Both the position numbers and the translations under genes were made by a program. Of a stretch of DNA of 64,000 nucleotides, positions 55,795 through 64,000 are shown in pieces (the stretch's first letter is position 1; each line of letters starts with the position of its first letter). Under the pieces are notes generated by a model. It saw only the letters and a list, made by a program, of their open reading frames with translations. It did no database searches and was not told the DNA's origin. Origin of the DNA: Octopus sinensis (taxonomy: Eukaryota); the NCBI RefSeq assembly GCF_006345805.1, contig NC_043006.1, positions 12,958,001-13,022,000 of the forward strand, read 5' to 3'.

Positions 55795-56225
55795 GTAAGA
55801 GTAAAGATATGCTGCCATCCAGCAAATATGTTGAAAAGTGAATGACAATGACAAGGATAATCTTGGAAATGCATTTGCTTTCATTATGCGCCTGTTGATG
55901 GAAGAACAACAGGATGAAGGCACAGCATTTTGAGGTCAAGGTGACCTTGGTGATATAGGATTTCCACGTTTAGACTTCGGAACACCCCCCTCTCTCTTTT
56001 TCTCTTTCTCTCTCTCTCACAGGTAAGTCTTTCTAGCCTTACTTTCTATTGGTCTCTTTGTTTCTGTTAGTTTATAAACTTTTATGTAACCTTGCATTAT
56101 ATCGATCTCTAATATCCATGATCATTTTCTTGACCCTGAGTGGTTAATAAAAAATGCATTATTATTACTTTTATTATTATTATTATTATTATTGTTGTTG
56201 TTGTTGCTGATGATGATGATATTTA

Positions 56226-56428
56226 GGCAATGGGCTGGCAGAATCATTTGTATGCTACCGAAATGCTTAGCGGTACTTCGTCCGTCTTCAGTTTCTGTGT
56301 TCAAATTCCTCTGGGGTCAATTTTACCTTTCCTTCTTTCGGGGTCCACAAATTAAGTACCAGTGAAACACTGGGTTCGATGTGATCGACTAGTCCCTTCC
56401 CCAAAATGTCAAGCCTTGTGGAAAAGAT
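56226..56428 (+). mobile_element. Older diverged SINE related to family A
   Basis: Head ggcaatgggctggcagaatc; core ctttcggggtccacaaattaagtaccag. Confidence 0.78.
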
Positions 56429-57190
56429 TGTTATTATTATTATTATTGTTACTATTTATATTATTATTGTTGTTGTGATTGTTGATACTGCTGTTATTAT
56501 CATCATTATTAAAGATCGTGGATTTACAGAATTGTTACACGTTACACCGATGGAAGAAATCTGAGGCACTCTATTTGCAGTCAGGTGCTTTCTTGATTAC
56601 ACCACGCCATAGGTGTGTGTGTGTGTGCGTGAGTGTGTGTGTGCGTGTGTGTGTGTGTGTGTGCGTGTGTGTGTGTGTGTGTGTGCGCATGTAAATATGC
56701 AAATATGCTCAGAGACATATATATGTGTGTGAGTGTATTTGCGAATCCAGCTTCTCCAACCTATATGAAGCGCTCAATTTCAAATATTCCTTGAATAAAA
56801 CCCTAATTGGTAAGGCTTCCAAACGTTATATAGGCTTTTAATGTCAAGATATCTTGTACCAATTACTACAATTATTGCATTTGAATTTTCAGCTTATATT
56901 GATTTCTCTCATTAACATAAACAAAAGACGGGATGGAGTCTTAAAAGCAACCTAAGCTTCTCACAGGTAAAACTCACTCAGTGGCGATTATAGTTTCAAA
57001 TATTACAAGGGGCTCTGTTTGTGCGATATAGTTTCCCTTTACCTGTCACCTGGTGGATAATGTTTCGAAGTATACTTTGCCATCATTTATAATATCGGTA
57101 AATACAGCATACATACAATAAATATAATTTAAATTTTATCAACATTTTTGGTGCTTCTCGAAGATGATGACATGGATAGTTATGAATGGT

Positions 57191-57573
57191 GGAGGCGCAA
57201 TGGCCCAGTGGTTAGGGCAGCGGACTCGCGGTCGTAGGATCGCGGTTTCGATTCCCAGGCCGGGCGTTGTGAGTGTTTATTGAGCGAAAAACACCTACAG
57301 CTCCACGAAGCTCCGGCAGGGATGGTGGTGATCCCTGCTGTACTCTTTCACCACAACTTTCTCTCACTCTCACTTCCTGTTTCTGTTGTACCTGTATTTC
57401 AAAGGGCCGGCCTTGTCACTCTCTGTGTCACGCTGAATATCCCCGAGAACTACGTTAAGGGGACACGTGTCCGTGGAGTGCTCAGCCACTTACACGTTAA
57501 TTTCACGAGCAGGCTGTTCCGTTGATTCGGATCAACCGGAACCCTCGTCGTCGTAACCGACGGAGTGCTTCCA
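57191..57573 (+). mobile_element. Family B (OR1-like) SINE, full length
   Basis: Near-identical to 32879-33260; TSD ag(t/c)tatgaatg. Confidence 0.92.
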
Positions 57574-57857
57574 GCTATGAATGATTATTTTCCAATGGAA
57601 AGTTTTTATTTCCTTAAAATTAAATAAAACAAATTTCTTATTTCTATAACTTCTCCCGTTACTACACTCTCATTTACTCCCGCTCCTTCGTATTTATGAT
57701 TCTTTCTTTCTGTATGGATATAGCGTTTCTTTCTCGTTGCCTGCATTTATAGCTGGTATGTGCACTCATCTCCATCTCTTTCTCTTTTCCAAATTTCACT
57801 GCATTTTTCCCTCCAACAATTTCAATCTCACGCGTGTTCAGTAACTAATTATATACC

Positions 57858-58088
57858 TATTTCTTTACTTCCCACAAGGGGCCAAACACAGAGGGGACAA
57901 ACAAGGACAGACAAACAGATTAAGTCGACTACATCGACCCCAGTGCGTAACTCGTACTTAATTTATCGACCCCGAAAGGATGAAAGGCAAAGTCGACCTC
58001 GGCGGAATTTGAACTCAGAACGTAACGGCAGACGAAATACAGCTACGGATTTCGCCCGGCGTGCTAACGGTTCTGCCAGCTCGCCGCC
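57858..58088 (-). mobile_element. Family A SINE monomer
   Basis: Perfect 17-bp TSD gtaactaattatatacc at 57841-57857 and 58089-58105. Confidence 0.94.
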
Positions 58089-58529
58089 GTAACTAATTAT
58101 ATACCGTTTCCACTTATTCCATGCTTTCTTGGAACAGGACAACGTGAAATCCTTTTCTCGCAAGTTGAAGAACGAAACTGGAACCGAAGCGTCTGAGTGA
58201 TATCCACTATGGTCAACAGAAAACTCCATGTTTTACCAAATAAGCACAAACTGTACCGACACAGATGACCATCATTACATTCTTTGGTTTCTATATCTTA
58301 CAAGAATAATAAAATTTGTAGATCGTGTTTCCAGAAATTTCAGATGCAGAAATATTCTGATTATACCATTTATACCAGCAATCTTGTAATAACGTTTCAT
58401 ATATTTTGTAGTCTAGTTTTGTCGTTGCTGTTGTTGTTGTTGCTCTTCTTCTTCTTCTTCTTCTTCTTCTTCTTCTTCTTCTTCTTCTTCTTCTTCAAGC
58501 ATTACGGACTAATTGGATAAAAGCCAAAC

Positions 58530-59196
58530 TAAACAAAAACCACGTTGATTCCCAATGTAGATTATGCAAATCGAAAGAGGAAAGCGTTACTCATATAGTA
58601 AGTGAATGTAGCATGCAGGCACAGAAAGAATTCAAGACAAGACGTGGGAGCTTTGTAGAAAGCTAGGATTTGAACATAGTGTGAAATGGTATGAACCTGA
58701 ATCTAGTAAAGGACTAGAAAGTAAGAAGTACAAGATGTTGTGGGACTTTAACATTCAGACTGACAGAGTAATAGAAGCTAGAATGCCTGATTTGGTTGCA
58801 GTAGATGAAGAGAATAGAAAATGCCAGATAATTGATTTTACAATCCCAAATGATGCAGCAGTTAATATGAGAAGAATATAAGAAATAGCAAACTACCAGG
58901 ACCTAGCTATTGAATTCGAGAGACAATGGAAAGTGCGGTTAAAATGTTTGCCTGTGGCTATAGGTCCATTGGAAACTATCCTAAAAGAAGATCTAAACAG
59001 ATGGATAGAGGAAAGAGGCATAAGACCTAATTTAGTACAGCTGCAGACAACAGTGTTATTAGGAACAGCTAGGATACTTCGGAGGGTTCTTGTCATCAAA
59101 GGTTACTTGCTGTAACCCGATAGGAGAGTTCTTGGCATCTAAGGCAACTTGTTGTAGACCTATGTTAGGTTTCTTTTCTTTTCCAACAATCTAATC
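58530..59196 (+). mobile_element. 5'-truncated R4/Dong-like non-LTR retrotransposon (zinc knuckle plus RLE endonuclease) ending in (TAA)n
   Basis: RLCKSKEESVTHIVSECS; KMLWDFNIQTDRVIEARMPDLVAVD..CQIIDFTIP; KYQDLAIE..PVAIGPL..LQTTVLLGTARILRRVL. Confidence 0.88.
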
Positions 59197-59242
59197 TGAA
59201 GAGTGTATAATAATAATAATAATAATGATAATAATAATAATG

Positions 59243-59299
<57 letters not shown>

Positions 59300-59377
59300 G
59301 TAATAGCATTATAAAAAAAAATAATAATAGTAATAGCATTAATAATAATAATGATAATAATAATAATAATAATAATA

Positions 59378-59420
<43 letters not shown>

Positions 59421-59554
59421 CTATGACCACAGCATTAATTTGCTTGCTACATCTACGCTGTGTATGGTAGTGGTCTCTTTCTGGATATTGACAGGCTGGA
59501 ACCAGACCAGAGTCTCTGAGCCTAACAGGTGTAACATTGTCACCATTTTTGGCT

Positions 59555-59850
59555 TAGAAAAGTTGAGAGATATGACAGGTTAGCTTGGGAAGTTAAGCAG
59601 TTGTGGTCGATGAAAAAGGTAGCAGTAGTACCAATAATTATCGGAGCCGTGGGAACAGTGAGCAAAAATCTCGAGATGTACGCGGAACAAATAGGGGCTG
59701 CAATAAGGATGGAACACTTGCAGAAAACAGTACTGCTTGGAGCCGCTCGAATACTCCGGGAGGTACTCTAAAAATAAGAGGTGCTACCTTAGTTCACTGG
59801 CAGTGAACAGCTGACACCATAGTACATCGCCAGCGTTAGAAGATGTGCAA
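59555..59850 (+). mobile_element. Second, distinct R4/Dong-like 3' fragment ending in (TAA)n
   Basis: KVERYDRLAWEVKQLWSMKKVAVVPIIIGAVGTVSKNL..MEHLQKTVLLGAARILREVL*, then 3' UTR and TAA tail. Confidence 0.85.
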
Positions 59851-59873
59851 AGGCAATGCTAATAATAATAATG

Positions 59874-59921
<48 letters not shown>

Positions 59922-59977
59922 TAATGATAATAATAATAATATAATAATAATATAATAATAATATAATAATAATAATA

Positions 59978-60017
<40 letters not shown>

Positions 60018-60067
60018 TATTATTATTATTATATATTATTATTATTATTATTATTATAGTAAAAGAG

Positions 60068-60255
60068 GCAGCACAGAATTTTGTCAGTGAACAGGTCGCG
60101 GTCTGAAAGCGACGAAAATATTTTGACAAATTAAATTTAAATGTTGAAGTGAATCTAACGGTTTTTGTGTGTTTCTTAAATGGCTTATAAACACCTTCCA
60201 CGCTGCAATTGTTTGTATTCCAGTACGCGATCGCAGATCAGATCACTTGCTAATA
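60068..60255 (+). mobile_element. Dispersed ~190-bp repeat carrying the G3:C8 hammerhead-like motif (copy 2; motif at 60080-60130)
   Basis: Aligns with 37770-37970. The ribozyme-like core and stems are identical and only the stem II loop differs (ggtctgaaa versus ggtcttaaa). Confidence 0.85.
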
Positions 60256-60493
60256 ATAAAGTAGTAAAACCTTACCAATTTAAATGTCTGTGTTGTATTA
60301 CATGAAGATATTTCGCTACTGTTCCCGCCATCCCCCACCCAAGCTTTCAGTCATACTGTAACATCTCTTATTATTCACTCGCCCTAGGACGCTGGGTGTG
60401 CCTCGGCAAGTGACTGTAACAAACATACATTAAAAGTAAACAACAACAACAACAACAACAGCAACAACAACAGCAATAATAATAATAATGATC

Positions 60494-60548
<55 letters not shown>

Positions 60549-60551
60549 GAA

Positions 60552-60582
<31 letters not shown>

Positions 60583-60589
60583 AAGAAGA

Positions 60590-60712
60590 AAGAGATTCTA
60601 AGCACTTGAAAGACTGCTGAAAACTTGTGGATACACAAGATTACAGTTAGTAACCCGCTGCCCACATAAATCCTACCAGTTTATAAGACAGAACCTAAGC
60701 CAATCCATATAA
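60590..60712 (+). mobile_element. Possible third R4/Dong-like 3' UTR fragment
   Basis: gattac-agtta-gtaacc stem-loop resembling ggttac-ttgct-gtaacc in the 3' UTR of the 58530 element; followed by a trinucleotide tail. Confidence 0.4.
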
Positions 60713-61352
60713 TGATGATGACGATGATGATGACGATGACGACGACGACGACGACAACGGCAATGATGATGATCATATTAATGATAAGCCCACCTAAATA
60801 CATAACATTGTCTTCGCGGTTCTCTTCGATAATGCGTTTTTCACACCGCCCCTCTTTATTTTCAGTTCAGTTTCCAATTTTATCTCTCGCTTTTATAGGA
60901 AAAATTATTTTCCAGTAAAGAAGAAAAAAAAATGATTTAATGAAAATTTATCGAGAAGTGAAATGAAATGGGAAGATAAGAATATGTCTATAGGGATAAA
61001 ACTAGCATATGCTTTCGTTTATCTATTAAAGGAGGTAAACTACACACTTTATTATTTCCGTTCTCGTTCGCGATGGTTTTAACAGCTACATTATACTTAA
61101 ACAGTATTCTCACTATATTAAAGACGTTTGAATTAACTTATATAGAGTGGCCGTGTAGAAAGTAATTGTTTATTTCCTGATAAACTAAGAAAAATCTCAA
61201 CTAGAAAGGAGTCGAGCGTTTCATTTAAAATTTGAAAGAAAGATAAGACAGAAAGATTAGATATTGGAACTTGCACCTTTTATGAAACTATTTAACAGGG
61301 AACGGATGATATTGCGTAATTTCCCAGTCCCTGCAACTTTGCACCACGTATT

Positions 61353-61389
<37 letters not shown>

Positions 61390-61440
61390 CAAACACAAAT
61401 ATATACACACACAAACACACATATTTATATTTATATATAT

Positions 61441-61473
<33 letters not shown>

Positions 61474-61727
61474 TATAATATATATATATTATGATGTATG
61501 AATGTATATGTACACAAACACATACGCACAGTGAGAGGCAGACAAAGCGTGTGTGATACAACTCCGTATTATATATAGTATATATACATACATATATATA
61601 TATATTATATATATATATATATATATATTTCAAACAACGAAAAAAACAGAACGAGACATAAAACATATAGAATATTTCCCTTCTTCAGTTGTCCTGTTTC
61701 ATCTACTCTGCGTTTCGAAGGGATATA

Positions 61728-61775
<48 letters not shown>

Positions 61776-63088
61776 AATCAGGACCTAGTTTCACTCGGGT
61801 TATAAACGCATAGCATTTACATAGATAAATAGATAGATAGAGAGAGAATAAGAGAGAGAACGGCATAACTACAGATGTGTGCTCCCTTCTCGAATTTGTT
61901 GCTTCATAAGTTCAAGAAAAATGTATACATTTAAATGTGTTCGGAGTATACATTTAAAAAAATGTATACTCCGGACCGATTTTGGCATTCTTTTTTTCTT
62001 CGTACATCAGAGCCATGGCAGAAGCTTTTCGTAAAAAAATTAAATTGTAAATGTTTTCAGAGAGGAAAACTAGGTGGTCTAAGTGAGATTTGGCCGTCGT
62101 TACTATCACATCATAAGACAACCCTACTCATTACTTTCTCACTGTCGAATGGGTTTAATGGGATCGGCTTTTCAATATTATTCTCCCCAAATAAATACAT
62201 AAGAAAAATGTGAAAAATCATGATTATTTGCAACCCCAGACCCTGCCCCCGATTGTTTCAGTTTGTGATTTAAAACACTGGAGAGCCTGAAATGGTCATT
62301 GCTGGCATTTATCTACAGTAATTATTTTTTTAAATGAGGTATGTAAACGATAATTCATATTAATAGCATGATTTTCTGTTACAAAGTGTTTTTCTGACGC
62401 CCACATATACGACTTCGCTTGATTGAGGCGGGAGTGCAAATCTAAATTACTTTTTTTTGCTTATATTCCACCAATGGACCACACGTGCGTTACTTCGGGA
62501 TCATCATTCCATAAAATGTGTTTAATAGGACAAAAACTTTGCAAAAACCACAAGTACATGCGACAATGCGAGAGGGTGGTTTGGGATGTGCTAGAAGCAA
62601 CAGCCGAATCTCCATTGGATCATACACCATTTCATCTGAACATATTTACATTTTCTTTACCGAAAAGTCTCCTCCCATGGTATTTATTTTTTTCAGTAAT
62701 TTATCGTAGTTGTTTGCAAATAGCGAATTAAAACTTGAAATGAAAACATTAAAATAGAAAGTGAGAGGTTTCGCAAATAAGAACGAAAAATTTCACCGTT
62801 GCTACGTCAATGCCGGAATTTGACATTAAAAAACATTTTAAAAGAAGTGAATCATATATATAAAGCAATATAATTTATTTATAATAAAAAAAATTAACTG
62901 AAGGATCTATTATGTGTCCGAGGTCAAATTATTCATGCATCCCAAATATAGAAAGCAATTCGCACACCCGTTTTTGCGTGAAAAGTGAATACACACAAAC
63001 ACACACACAGGTGTACTTTATGTAAGATATATATGTGTGTATGTGTGCGTGCGTATGTATGTATACGTATAGATAGACAAATAGATAG

Positions 63089-63119
<31 letters not shown>

Positions 63120-63178
63120 GACAAACTGGTATATTGACAGACAGGTAGACAGACAGACAGACAGACAGATAGATAGAT

Positions 63179-63227
<49 letters not shown>

Positions 63228-63282
63228 TAGACAGACAGATAGATAGATAGATAGATAGATATTACATTATAGAAAACATCGG

Positions 63283-63327
<45 letters not shown>

Positions 63328-63386
63328 ATAATATATATATACTATATTATACACACACCACACATATATATATATAATATATAAAT

Positions 63387-63424
<38 letters not shown>

Positions 63425-63673
63425 GTACGCATGCATAGCCATATAAGTATAAATGTGTGTGTATGTGAGTGTGTGTTCGTGTGTGTGTCTGTGTGCGCGC
63501 GTGTGTGTGCGTAGAGTTTCTTGCAATTACCGTATACTAAATCATCTGTTGAGGTTTCTTGTAGTAGAAGAAGCTTGACCAGATGCCAGATCGTGGGACT
63601 GAATCCAAATCCATGTGGTCAAAAAGGAAATCTCTTACCACATATTCACGACACAGTCAATATGTATGTTTCT

Positions 63674-64000
63674 TATTTCTTTATTGCCCACAAGGGGCTA
63701 AACATACAGGAGACAAACAAGGATATTAAGTCGATTACATCGACCCCAGTGTTTAAGGGGTACTTAATTTATAGACCCCGAAAGGATAAAAGGCAAAGTC
63801 GACCTCGGCCGAATTTGAACTCAGAACATAAACACAGACGAAATACCCATTTCTTTACTACCTACAAGGTGCTAAACACAGAGGGGACAAACAAGGACAG
63901 ACAAGCGGATGAAGTCGATTATATCGACCCCAGTGCGTAACTGGTACTTATTTAATCGATTCGAAACGATGAAGGGCAAAGTCGACCTCGGCTGAATTTG
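63674..64000 (-). mobile_element. Family A SINE multimer running off the window edge
   Basis: Two body units in reverse, joined at gacgaaatacccatttcttt (same junction type as the other multimers). Confidence 0.88.

Larger units (their letters stand above)
59197..60570. repeat. Interrupted (TAA)n/(TTA)n/(CAA)n microsatellite complex
   Basis: Direct reading; strand polarity flips from TAA to TTA near 59988. Confidence 0.95.

Noticed and set aside
31345-57270. tRNA-like heads (A and B boxes) at 31345, 32879, 50719 and 57191 as tRNA genes
   Set aside because: They continue into multi-copy SINE bodies with TSDs and lack a complete cloverleaf and terminator.
62423-62731. 102-aa ORF with WDVLEATAESP resembling the mariner W.VL.HP.YSPDL motif
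   Set aside because: Similarity is too weak and no other transposase motifs are nearby.

Overview
AT-rich, microsatellite-saturated eukaryotic non-coding DNA, most likely an octopus intron or intergenic region. The host is inferred from recognisable tRNA-derived SINE families resembling the octopus OK/OR1/OR2 types, not from a database search. No intact gene was found, and most ORF-track entries are translated (TA)n, (GATA)n, (CA)n or trinucleotide repeats. Decayed transposons dominate: two mariner remnants, a DD37E Tc1 remnant, a maT-like remnant, a Penelope-like RT plus GIY-YIG element, a CR1/L2-like LINE, a Hero-like RLE fragment, a cluster of R4/Dong-like 3' ends in (TAA)n, five Helitron-type elements (one with PIF1 helicase motifs) and many SINEs. 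The most notable observations are: (i) several minimal type-I hammerhead-ribozyme-like motifs whose cores carry compensatory 3-8 base-pair swaps (U3:A8 and G3:C8), with the U3:A8 motif present in both arms of a 456-bp foldback; (ii) a series of long near-perfect palindromes; (iii) multimeric SINEs whose target sites share the GGTAT motif found at their internal unit junctions. A few isolated splice-bounded open frames are weak exon candidates.
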